From: Chara braunii
Taxonomy: Eukaryota; Plantae; Charophyceae
DNA: 64,000 nucleotides
Assembly (NCBI GenBank): GCA_003427395.1
Contig: BFEA01000004.1
Coordinates: forward strand, 3,950,290 to 4,014,289
Reading direction: 5' to 3'
The notes under the pieces were generated by a model. The model did not search any database. It saw only the letters and a list, made by a program, of their open reading frames with translations, and was not told where the DNA came from. The position numbers and the translations under genes are program-made. Below, one piece after another: positions 1-13,200 of the stretch. The stretch's first letter is position 1; each line of letters begins with the position of its first letter.

Positions 1-287
1 GAGGCCACGTAGAGAGGACACATTGTTTTTCAGGTCAATCGCCACCTCATCAGCACTCTGGACGATCCAGCACCGTCGAACACCTTCCTGTTGATAGAGC
101 TCAGTGTCTTTCTCACGAAGAGTAGAGATCACGCCTTGCAAAGCAGTGCTGAGACAGGACGAAGTAGCCGTTGTGCTAGCCAAGGGTTTGTGAGGAGGTC
201 GTTCATGAATGGTGCGAATAGAAGGACGAGAGCGATATATATATATATATATATATATTTATTTATTTATTTTTTTCGTTTTTTTTT

Positions 288-421
288 TTTTTCATTTTCT
301 TGCAGGGTGCTGACGACTCCAAACCGGTAGGTGCCGACCAGCCGATCCGTTGGCGGGTCAGCAGCCGACCAGTCAAGGGCCGCTGACCGTCGGTGGGTGC
401 AACCCTGCGAAAAACTGAAAA
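288..421. mobile_element. Small MITE-like element with CAGGG-type (hAT-like) inverted termini; diverged relative at ~4920-5005
   Basis: ttttcattttcttgcagggtgc ... gcaaccctgcgaaaaactgaaaa inverted repeat; GC-rich interior; no clean TSD. Confidence 0.5.
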
Positions 422-453
422 GCAGCTGTTTCCTCTTACTTGCATGAAGTGAC

Positions 454-508
<55 letters not shown>

Positions 509-1077
509 ACAGTACCACCATAAACTGCCCCTTACCTGCCTTCCCCAGCTGCGTTACAATAAAGAGACCCATACACAGAAGAGACCGTCTCCCTTGATCA
601 GGTAATGCCTTGGATAACATTCTTACAGCAGCGTGACTGATACATGTCATCATCCGGATTCATTTGATTCACAAGCTTACACTACAGCAAACCTGTGTGG
701 TAAATTTGTGCTAAAATGCATACGTTGTCCACTGTGTCATTCCACGCGATGTATATGTTGTGCATATACATGGAGATTATATTGATTCCAACTTTTCTCC
801 TTCTCCTAGACACTGTCTCGCATTTGAGTTTTGCATACATGAAATGGACAGCATCAAAGCATTGGCCATTATTTCCACAAAGTGACACATTCATTTCCTG
901 CCACTGCGAAGCCCAACCAATCAGTAGGATTGCCCATCACCCCTCCCAGTTTACCGGAAGCTTAAACAAAAGAACAGGCTCAACGAGCAGACCTCCACAG
1001 CAGTCGCGACATAGCTCCAGGACAATGGATCAGAGGGAAAAGTGATTGAGAACTCAAAACGAGATCATTAATCATAC

Positions 1078-1205
1078 CTTGTACCGTCGGCACTGTATGC
1101 CATTGTAGTGCACCATTTACCAGGTGCATCATAGTTGACTCTTGGGCCAAGGTTATCATATAGCCATGCCTTGATTTTACCATCTATGGCTGTTGAAAAA
1201 ATGAA
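1078..1205 (-). CDS. TPL: TPL exon 13 (FIFSTAIDGKIKAWLYDN...MAYSADGTR)
   Basis: CAG/GTATGA, 128 nt; ORF 1068..1436. Confidence 0.95.
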
Positions 1206-4200
1206 CTGCAAAGGTACAAAGAACAGGGTAAAGAAGTGAACAAACAGTGGCCTTGTATCATCTTTGCTTGGAAACACAGCCCTTTGATTCTGAAGCCAGG
1301 AGAGCAGCGAGCAACATGCTATGAATGAAGGGCTAGGAAAGCAGACATCATGCTCATCCTTTCTCCTCATCTCAATAGTCGTCCTGCACATAATCACCAT
1401 GATTTCTTTCAAACGACTCTCACAAGTGTAGCACAATCATCTTCATCAATACCATCACGCCGAGGACTTTGACAATCGTTGTCATCATCACTTTCCTGCT
1501 CCATCTCATTGTCTGCATCCTCTTCTGCCTTCCCACCAAACCGCCTCACAATCATCATCATGGCCAGGCTCAAGATCATCAGCTTTGCAATGCCCATCCC
1601 ACACAAATAACAGCTTAACATCATCAATCAATACCATGCCGTTCATCAACGACCACCTCCAACAACTTGTTTCTCCCCTTCGTTCTCTTTGGCTTCATTC
1701 CCTCCCACCGATCTCCTCCCCGGCGCATGCCTGCTTGCTCAGCACGCCCGTCACCATCTCCTTCCTCTCTCTACAAGTCCTAGCCATTTCATTCCTGAAA
1801 TTTTCCTAGCCTTCTTCCAGAGCAAACCTCTCGGACTGAAGGACTTTCTCGGCTTTTTGAAAGTCCAGCAGACCACCACCAACATTACACAATCTTTTCA
1901 TGGGAAGACAAGATGTCACAGCCCAGAACCATTGACCTCTCTGTATATTGTCTAATGCCTGCACTACAACCGACAGACTGGCATTACGCAACGTTTTTTG
2001 GTTGGTGTTTCTTGGTTGGAGTTTGATTAACCTCCACTTTCATTTTGTGTTTTGCTCCTCTGATGTTCTCTTATAAGTTACAAGTCTTCCTGTCCCGCTA
2101 CAACCGCTGCGCAAAACTTGAACCCAAGCAGGCCTGAAATGTTATGGCACATATGAAACAAGGACACAAAATGATGAACCAAACCCAGCAATGTCCGAAA
2201 ATGCAAAAGGCAAATTATGATACCTGTAGGCTGTAATCAACACATCTGAAACAGAATGTGATAGCATGCTCCCTAAAAAGAGGAGTTGAAAAGGATTCAG
2301 CTGAATGTAACGCACCTGTATGTTCTCTTTGTGGTGAGGGCAAATGGAATACACAGGTGCCTCATGGCCTTCAAATATGAACTTCCGTTGGCCCGTTTCA
2401 GCATCCCAAACCTTAATAGTCTTGTCATCTCCGCAAGTGATAACACACAGTTGCTTGTTTTGGTGAGCAAATGCAAGGTCATTGACACCTCCGACATGAG
2501 CATCAATCTGGTAAACAACAGGAAAACAGATGACGCCACTGTGAATTTCCTTGTTGACGAGAATCACGAGATACTAAAGACCGGCAGTTCTGGACACCAT
2601 CTTTTCTCCTCGCATATCCGCAAATCGTCCGGTTTCTTTTCACCACCACTTACCTCCAAGCCTCTTTTTGCCAAGGCAGGTTCCCCCTGCACCAAAACCA
2701 AAAAGGCACCACCACGGCGGAATTTTTTTTTCCCCGTTTTTGGCCAGTGACGCCACCCATTTTGGTCCGCTAGCACTGTCAATCCGAAATCTTCGGAATG
2801 TCACATTTTTTATTCTCGACTTTGCCTGGGAAAGGTAGTGGAGGGTTAATGGATTTTACTAAAAAAGCAGTTCGCAAAAGATGGACCAATATCCTCCATC
2901 ACAGATCAACCTAACCCAATCCTCCCTTGATTGAGCATTGATGAGCACTGATATAGCGTTGACAAGAAAACAAGAGAACCTCATATGAGTTTATTTTGTC
3001 ACAATCTGTATAACAATTATCAGGGAGAGAAACAGGACGGTCATTCACAATTAGCCACGAATACTTGCTAAAAGACATCCGCCAGATACCAACTATCACC
3101 TGCAACACAGAGCAATCAAACTGAGGAAACAAATATTCAAAACAATTTTTTTCTCAGACAGCTGTCTTATTGTTCCAGTTTCACCAAACAGGAGGTCTCA
3201 TCACCGCAGTCACCCCTACCACAAAAGCATGACCGTCGACCAAGAAATTGTTGTGCCCTACCTCCAAATGGTGAACAAGTTCTGCTCCACACTTGTAGAT
3301 ATGGACCAAGTGCTGTGAAAAAGCGGCTCCTGCAGTTATCAACATTGTACTGTATTAGCAGCGAGAACACATGCACATACTCACAGGTATCTCACACAAG
3401 TTCAAAAAGGTAACTGTGGCAAGACTCTTGTCATTGTCGCATGCCCGTCCGTTTTAGTGCATTCATATCAGTCACACGTAGAGCAGAGCAGCACCCTACA
3501 GCAGCAACTGGCAGGCACACTACGCACGCAACAGGTACACAACGCTGCAGATACACATCTGCATAACAAATTTTTCACAGCATTTTGTTTGTGATAACTC
3601 TATAGATCGCATCCTCCAATTCAGAAGCAACACTGGATAGATTAGCTTTGTTTGTCCAGCTTATATCCGGTCTGCCAATTACCACCATTCCATCTTCAGA
3701 CTGTTTCAATGGATCCACTTCCTTTGGATCTCATGTCTCATGTTTCTCGCTCGATTTCAAACCTCATCTTTCTCACTCCACATCCAAGGACCAAAATCTA
3801 CTTCGCATACTGTGCACTCTTTAAGTTGTAGCCCTTACATCCAAGTCAAAACTCTCTGACTCGAAGGTGAAGCTCATACTTCTCATAGTTTGGACTATTT
3901 AATCCACAGTGTGCACTCACTCTTACTTCTCATAAGCTTATACTACGTCATCCATACTGTGCACTAACTCTTACTTCTCATAGCTTGGACTACTTGAGGC
4001 AAATTCTTGTTCCATATCCAACATACACAATATAACCACCATTGAGCACACTCCATCTCTGACATTTCCAATACGCTCTCTCTTCATTTTCCCTTCCTGT
4101 CTCTACATACCGACTCATTTTTCTTTCACTTCGTGGTTTTGTAGGACACTTTTGTCATGAATATGTTGTACAATCAACTGAATTGTTCATCTTTCATCTT

Positions 4201-7200
4201 AGTCCCTGGTGGTTCAAAGACTCGGCAACAATTTGCATCAACACAATACTGTAGAGTGATCATCAGCTCATGATATGTTGCCATCCTTCACTGCTTCCTG
4301 ATATTCGTTTCTGCGAAAGTAAAACCTATTTGAAAAGAGCCACGACCAATAACTAGCAGAGGATAGGTCGAAAGACAACTGATGGACAACTCCAAACCCC
4401 AGATTAAGGGCTGACAAGCTGTGCCCAATCAAATCAGTGGTTCAAAGACTGGCTGTTTCCTCTGGCAGATGACCACTTCTCAACTTCTATGAAATCGACT
4501 TCAATTCCCATGGCTGAAAACGCCCAAAAATACATTCAAGCCCTGATCATCATACAAGGTGGAAGGGTGAGGCAGGTTAGTTATGATACTTGTAAGATTA
4601 GGGCTTGGGGCTATGGTGTTTGTAAGAACAGGGAAGCAAAGAAACACACCAAGGCACCCCACTCAGAAGAAGAAGAAGATAAAAGATGAGTGACGAAGAC
4701 GAGGGAAGGGGGAGGGGCTGTTCTGCTTGTGGCACATTCGACAAATGGACAAAGTGAAGAAGAAGAAGAAGACAGATGGGAGGTGCATCTCTAGGGGGAG
4801 AGGATAAGAAGAAAAAGACAGATGGGAGGTGCATCCGAAGAAGACAGATGGGAGGTGCATCTCTAGGGGGAGAGAATAAGAAGAAAAAGACAGATGGGAG
4901 GTGCATCTCTAGGGAGAGCCAACCCCACCAACCATCAGCTGCTGGCCAGTGGACTCGTTAGCTGGTCAGCTCCTACCCATCGAGGGCGTGCCAACCACCT
5001 GCAACACAACTCTGCTGGAAAACCAAGCAAGCAAGAAAGAAAACCGCTACTTCAACACCTCGCACCACTACCATTGATCAAAAAGCCCCCACACACAAAC
5101 AGACACACACATTCAGATGCCGCTGAAAAAGGCACTGTAATATCAAAACATCAAAATGGCAGCTACCTACCTGAATACACAGCATCAGAACTCCATGCCA
5201 CCCTCGTCACCTGAATCTTGTGATCCTGTGCTACAAGGGCACTCTGTTCCATCTCAAACAAATAGGAAGGACAAGCGCCAGACAACCATTTGTAAACAAG
5301 GTTGTCCACAGGCTACAGCTGAGCACACCGGTAAAAACAAGAGACAAGAAACCTCTCCCCATCATTCAGTCTGAACAAACCACTTCCACATTGCATGCTG
5401 CCAGAAAACATTTCACACTGCGTACTGTATACAGGGCTTTCGTATAAACTGAGCAGATGCTCAACAAGACAATCTTCAGCAAGAGACATTGGTAACTACT
5501 GCATGGACAGAGTCAGGGAGAAACTAATGGTTTCTGCCACGAACTAATGAAGTGGCAAGTCCCAACACCACTGCCAAGTGCTAATACAAGCACACCGTTG
5601 CATCATCTTCTATAAAACAAAGCCACAAAGAGCGTGAAAGGCGACAGCAAGATAGAAAAACCATTCAGGAAAAGAGAAGATTGCTTCTGAAAATGATTAT
5701 TTGCCAAGTGTCCCACAGTGAAGAGAGACCACACTGGAATTTTTACCTGCGAGATTGAGCATGATTGTATATCCCAGATCTTGAAACGTCTCTCAGACAT
5801 TTTTTCATTATGTCCCACGTCCCAGACTGCCACATCACCAGTCTGAGTCCCAACTGCAGAAAACCAACCACAACAGAAACCACTGTCAAAGCATTCTCCC
5901 AAGCCAGGAACCAAAAGGCATCCTTCACTGTCCAATCTATCCCGAGGAAGCAACTGAGCACTGGGCTCGGGCAAGTAACCTATGGACCTGCCGATTCCTG
6001 TCCTCATTCCCTGAGCAACCCTTCCAGCTCCCCCTTTGAACTAACAACCCCTCCCATTTTACTAAAGCCCGAAAGGTTGTGGTGTGGACTTATCTTGAAC
6101 GCAACACTGTGGGTAATCTGGAAAGAAAGGTACAGTATCGCCCTGAATGGTACACGCAACAACAGCAACAAAATTCGGGTGTCCACAAGAGAGCTGATAG
6201 AAGCCGAAGTAATGGAGAAAGTGGAGGGCACTAATGCAATGAAGACCGGAAGAAGAACTCGTCTCAAGTCAAAATTTTGGCGTAACTGGTTGATAAGGGG
6301 CAAAATTCCCTCGATTGAGGAGCAACACCAGCACTGGAAGGACTGGCACAACTCATTGAACCCTCACAAAAAGGAGGATCCAATATTGGCATATAGAGAG
6401 TCTTCAGAGAGTAATTTGTATTATGAGGACAGGTCCAGTAGGAAGATGGGATTCAACAGGCTAGATCTGACAGTCAATCTTCCCGATGGGAGCAGCCAAT
6501 GCTGAGCAGATGGGTCCATCAACCTCAAACGAGGGAAGCATAAAGAGTTATCTATTACATGTATTTTTATGACTTGCCGGTGGAAAGTAAACAGACTGAT
6601 GCTCCTCAGAATAGAGCAGAGCCAGGGCTATAAAGCCGGCACTTTACTGAAAAATAAATATGGACCCCAGTAACCTTCACCTCCATCCGTGCCTAGGCAA
6701 ACATGTGGAACTACCTTCACACGACTCCCTCCCACCTCTCTACCTCTCCATTTCAACACACTATACACACACACAAAAAGCAAAGAAAAGGAGACAGGAC
6801 AAACACACATGCACACCCATACACCAAGACGCACGAGCGTGGGTGTGCAAGTACAGTGCGACATTGAACGTACCTAGCAGAAGTGTGTGCATTTGAGGGT
6901 GGAAGTCCATGCTCATAACTGCAGAACCCTGTGGCAGTGCCCTCACAACCTTTTTGGGAAGATCATCGACTGTGTATGATGAACTCTGATGGCTTGCACT
7001 TGCGACCATGGCCTAGCCCATGCATCAAAACAGCAGCCCACAAAGTAACCACGCCGCTTGGTCAACCGCGCTCACTTTATTTAATCGAAAAAGCATTCAT
7101 CAAAACCACTCTCCACATCATTTCACCACATACCGCAATAATGCCTGTATCCTTGATATCAATAACAAAAGCACATTTCACAGAATTCAGCAAGAATCTT

Positions 7201-10200
7201 ATGTTATCCTTGATATCAATAACAAAAGCACCTTTCACAGAATTCGGCAAGAATCTTATGTTAACAACATAGCTCTTGAGGGATCACGCCCTTTGCAAGT
7301 AATTCCCTTATCCTTGACATAAATAACAAGGCCGCTTTGTCATAACAGTTTACAATAAGCATACTTTAACAACATAGCTCAGGTGTGGCCGCGCCCTCCC
7401 CAAGACTGGTAGTCCAGAATACCTTTGGAAAACATCCTACCTCAAAACATCCTACCTCTGGACCTGGTGCCTCCTGATGTTTCTTTAGCTCAGAATATTT
7501 GGTTTTCCCGGGCACCCGGGGACCCAAGTCGTCCCCGGAAACACGCCTGAGTGACCGGCCGGGCATGACCCCCAGGGCAGGGTCCCGGGCTGCCCCAGCG
7601 CCAAAAAAAAAAAAAAATCCAAAAAAATCTGGAAAAGAAAAAATATGTTGTGTAAAATTGCAATACAAACAGCTTTTGGCCGAGGGTCACATCAGAATTC
7701 CTCACGTAACTGAAGATTAAAAAAAGAAAATAACCGAATCAGACCAAGGCACCCCCCTTTAAGCAAACCCCTTTAGCCCTTTTAAAAAAATATAATACCC
7801 CCCTCACCCCCCCTTTAAAGCCAACACTCGAAAAGAAAAGAGCCCGGATCTGGGCTCCTCTCCAAGAGCTCAGAAAACCCCCACCGCCAAATTATTTTAC
7901 TTTTATTTTTTTCTATTTTTTTTCCCCATGCCTGGGTATCCCAGGCGTCAGACCCCCCCGGGCATCATGCCTGGGTGACCGGCCGGTCATGAAAATCTTC
8001 CTAGGTTTGAAGTACTTTGCGAGCTCCTTTTCTGCTCCCATCAATTCCAGCAGTCCTCCATGAAAACGGATGCAATACAGAATCCAACACAAAACCTTGT
8101 GGCTTGAAAGTAAGAACAATAGGATACCTAAGCCATTGGATACCTACCTGTTGCAGGAGTCGGCCAGGTTACCACCCTTCACGTCAGAATTCTTTCCTGG
8201 GATGTTGGAGGCTTTGAGGAGGTTTCGGAAAACAATAGGAAAAAGAGGAACGTGCAGAAAGAATGAAAGCGGCAAAACAAAAACAAAGCCCCAAAGAACG
8301 GCTGACACTGAGTTCGCAAACAGAGTTCTTCAGGAGGCACACCAAATGGTAGAAAGAACGGTGCCCTTTGCTTGGTACAACGAACCTGGCAATTCTTCAT
8401 TTACAGTGGCAAGGATACTAAGAAAGCACTGGTTCCTAAGAAAACAGCCTAAGGGCATTCTAACAGCTGCCCTTACCTGATTGCAATAATGGTCAGATTC
8501 ATCCTAAGGAAAGTTCAAGTGTGCATATTCTTTAAGACGACCAAACGGACAGAGGAAGAGATGCTGAGCAATCACCCATGTATGGGGAAGGAGTTGCTTG
8601 CTTCCTCTAATAACTACTATCGAGTCGAATAGAGACAGATTGAAACATATCAACATCAGAAACATCACAGGTAGCGGAGACGATCATCCAAACAGCCAAA
8701 AGAGACCTCTGAGAAGAGGAAGCTCCTGCTTGGATCCCCAACGAAATTCAGTGGTTACACTTAGACCCTAAGTACCATACTCTGATGGCAGAGAATCAGG
8801 GGAAGGAAGGGGGAAAGAGTGCAGTGGACTAAGACTCACATCTTCTTGGCTTCCAGATCTCGATCTCTTTCTAGCATGATCCGACTCTGCCGTCTGGTAG
8901 TCCATAGTTGTCGTGCTGCTGGGAGGAGTCATCGGTCTTCGGTTCACCAATGCTGCAATTGACAAGCATCCAGCCAAAACACATGGAACACAGTCGAACA
9001 TCAGAGAAAGCCGAACCAATGCTCGGAAATCAAGGAAAGGCAAATCACGCAAAGGAAAATTGCGCACTGCTACTAGATTGAACTGAGAAACAGCAGTCAT
9101 GGAGAAGGTTGGAGACATAAGCCCACTGCTTCATTCCAGCAACTGATGTGATAGCGGGATCCCTGTAGATAGAAGAGCTCTACGTACCAGGATTGGGAGG
9201 CGCAGCAAGAGCCGGAGGAGGCCCTACTGCTGAATGCGCCGGAGTATTGGTCATCCATCCCACGATGGTGCTGGCAGATGCTGCAGGTTGGAATGGCTGT
9301 AAGCGTGACACAGACCAAGAAGCCAAAGAAGAGCACCGTCAGATGTTTTACGCCTAACACATATACTACAATGAATAACACTCATTGTTCACGGGCACTG
9401 TAAGGATAAGTCACACAAAGAATATGTTACTGGACAATGGGACCATAACGGCTCCTCACAAAGACAAAGGGGTGATGACACCAAGGAAAGGAATATGGGT
9501 AAAAGAATATAGATTGCTGCCTTTCTACACCTAAGCTCAAGGCCCAAGAGAGTCTCCCCTCAGCAGCACACCTTCAAGTTCAACATCAAATGGCAATGAC
9601 AGTGGAAAAGGGGTGATCTTTCACCTTTGTTCACAGCAAAACACAAAATACGGACGCTTATATCATGTCAAGGGTAAGATGAACCGATTCCTGGCCATTG
9701 GGCGCTTATATTATGTCACAGCACAACCAGTTTTGGGTAGATCGCGACTGTTATTTTTCTGAACTTCAGGCGAGACACAGACATCCAAAGAATCCGGAGG
9801 CTCTGCTGTTGGCCAAGCAAATCAGCAAGAGTACATCTAGATCCAGCCACAACAGCTACATTCGAGATAAACATGCGAACAGAGGCTTCACATTTGTCTA
9901 TCGACAATTTTTTATCAGGATCCGTGGTCACACAAGACGAGAAACTGGATGATTGTTGTCATCACCTTCAACAAGCAACTGGATCCATGACAAACTTCCC
10001 CCCTTTCGTCAAGTATTTCATTAGCGACTTCAGAACCATGGGCTTCTTCAACATATCTGAAAAATAACAGGCAGGTGCACCTTAGCCATAGGCTACAGCT
10101 TCATGCAACAGGCCGAGTGTGGCATGAAGTAGCTCCTTGCAATCAACCTTCAACTGTGACCCTAGGAGTGCCCCAACCTCCATCCGCAGCTTGCTAAGAA

Positions 10201-13200
10201 CATGCAGGACTCAAACTCTACAGAACAGTAATCTTTGCAGATATTTGGCCTAAGCACAAAAAGATGACAAAGAGACGATAAAGCGAACAGAGCCCCTCCA
10301 CTCCACCTGCCTTCCATTGAGCTTCCGACCTTTCAAATTCAATATTTCATATTCCACAGCAATACAATCAACAATTCACGTACTCTTCCCCCAGGAAGTG
10401 CAAATCACAACATTTCTCAAGAGACATGCTCATGGCACCACCAAACACACCAGCTTCCTCTTTTCCAGCCCATCCTGCTTAGCACCCGTTAGCTCTCACA
10501 GCCTGGCTGCATCAGGGGACACGGAAGAGCTAGCGAACATCACATTCCCTGGCTGCATCAGTGGTTTGATCAGACAACGGAGGAACTAGCGAACATCACA
10601 ACCTGACTGCATACAGCAGCTCGAAATTGCAGAGCACACCTTCAGCAACATTTTGAATCACAAATAACCAAGTTCATCAAACCAGCTCTTTTTACCATCT
10701 TTCATGCACAAAAAAAGAATGGTCTGATAATATTTCATCATACTTGATGGGGAAGCAGAACAGGTGGCTTACATGGTGGCTAACAATATTATCGTGCACA
10801 CAGTTCATTGGGACCACCTTTTGCACTCCGTGTGGGCCACAAGCACATTGCAACTGTACACAGTATCACAGCAAGAGTAGATGACTTACGCCATGGGCTG
10901 ACATTGGGAAGGACGCCTGCTTTTGACCACCAGTTGACATCAACGCGTTTGGGGTTGGAGGGCCTGCTCGTGCTCCATTTGGAGGGGGACCACAGCAATG
11001 GTCAACGAACAGTGTCTTTATGTCTGGGTTCTGCCTTGGATTCTTGCAGAGTTGGTGCTGCCAATTCAGGCTGCAATCAAACAGGGCATCAGAAAACAGG
11101 ATCCGTTAACCAACATGCGAGTTCAATTGCTTTTGAACCCTTCTCTGCAAACAGCAGCCATGGTTCTTTCTCATCATGAGACGTCCTCTCGTGCGCATTG
11201 TTTCTGGATTCCAGCAAACAATTCACTTAAAAAAAAAGGCTGCAGACTCAACCTTAAAACACCAGTGGCCTGGACTGTTTTCCACCAACCACCATTTCTG
11301 GGCACACCCCGAACCCGGTCCCATGGGGAGGCCAGATACAGTCATAATTGCAGTTGTCTTTGAGGCCCCAGCTACCCGTGGTTTAACCCACATGATTGAT
11401 TTCTGGGTTGCCACCAGGCTGGGAGCCTTGCACCCAGCTCAGGGGGGAAGAAGAGGGCAGAAGCACCCCACCCAGTACGAAGGCCCCAAGCAACTTTAGG
11501 AAAAACAGAGGCTCTCTCCATGACACCTGGAGGCCCATGACAACTAGATCGAAATGGCTGGCGGCATCAGCCACAACGTAAACAAAAACAGCGCGATGGC
11601 ATTTCCGCAAAGCTTGACACACAAGGGGTATTCCGCCTCATGTACTGGTGGTTTAACAGGTAGGATAAAAGACTAGACTGGTTTCCGGCGCAAAAATATG
11701 CCTGTCTTTGATCCCCATACCTGCTCTGTCAAAAGAAAACAAAGCAAATCAAAAAACATAAGGCACAGACTGTCCTCGGTTCTTCAGGCTCATCAGGTAA
11801 TTCACATGATCAAATCATGTTTTGTGCACTTCATGGATCTGAGATACACCAACAAAGAAAAACCCAGCTCAGTTGGTACACCCATGAACTGCCGGAATAT
11901 AGACTCGAGTTCGAATCCAGATGCCACCGGATGAACAGAATCAGATAATTCGGAATTACCTGGGGCAGGTCAATTAAATGATAGTATCTTAAGGCTGTCC
12001 CCTTTTTCAAAAAGGCGACAAAAAAAAAGAGGCCTTTTTATTTGCAACCACATGGCAGTATCGGGCAGCAGCAAAGGATACACACCTCTGGTTGATCAAC
12101 GTGCGCAAGCGAGATGGCTTGAGAGAAGGAAAGGTCAATTTGTCTCGAAATAATGGATTTGCCTCAATCAGCTTCTTGAGCTCCATAAGCATGATATTTC
12201 TTGCAGACTTCGTATCCCCATACTTTGAAAGCTGCTCATTTTCCCTGTCAAAGGCATGATGGGGTGTAGTCGGAAGAAAGAGACAGCGGAACAGAGACAA
12301 AAGAAAGGGGATGTGCATCGTATGTCAGAGAGAAGAGCATTGGACGCTCGGGGCGTGATTGAGACCACCATGACGGGACAAAAAGGGAGATGATGTCAGA
12401 ACGCAGACAAGCCACATGCAAAATCACGGTTCAGACACCGAACAAAAGGGGAAAACGTTATGGAGGAGACGTGAGAACAACAAGCAACAGACAGTATGAG
12501 CGAGAGGGCATTCCTTCTCTGTTATTTGAAGATCGCAGAGCACTGAGGGGGAGAGCTTGTAGTAAAACAGATAACAGAAGGGCAGAATATGGCCACAAGC
12601 ACCAAGCCGTAGACAAACATAGCACGAAGCACTAGAAACCCATTTGTACGAACTTTGGAAAACTTTCCACAGAGTCCAAAGGGTAAGGAATGACAGGAAG
12701 AGATTGAGCTCAGAAAGGCAGCCTCTACCTGAAATTGTCCAAAGTCAAGAGTTGAGTGATCTCCTTGTACAGATCCTCGTTGAACTGAGCAAACACCTTG
12801 AGATCCTTAACGAGAATATCAACGGCCTTTGCTCGATCTTGCCTGCACCACATAAATGCAAGAAGAAAAGAGACAGTGACAAAATGCCAAGACGTTACAA
12901 TCGCATAACAACGCCTTCAGAAGTTATAACGAATCACATCCGTCCGAGTCGCCCTAAATAAACAAGTTCGAATAACCGCTGACAAGGGAGCTGTGCGCCA
13001 AGAGGCGTACACAAACTAGTGAGATTTAGAGTACGCAGGGCCAGGTTTCGCAGACCAGGGACCTTTACAGGATGCCAAAAGACCGGGGTGCCAAAGGGGA
13101 AGTCGATAAGATAGCCGGTTCTGCGTTAGGAATCGAGGAGCTGAAAACGTAGGAAACACCCATAGGGTTTGACCACCAGGTATCTGAGTCACGGGTATAA

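Noticed and set aside
1-60. Hammerhead-like CTGATGA...GAAA on the minus strand
   Set aside because: Stem II is out of register (no closing G-C before GAAA) and no stem I/III with a NUH site could be built. Likely chance.
530-570. Plus-strand LPQLRYNKE resembling TPL PRxRFNKE, and a minus-strand 13-nt micro-exon-like CAG...CAG|GTAAGG
   Set aside because: The peptide match is on the wrong strand and short. The micro-exon does not encode the expected LFSCGT continuation.
9600-10250. Additional TPL exon or nested gene in intron 5
   Set aside because: Exons 5 and 6 already join in frame, and the local short ORFs have no recognisable similarity.
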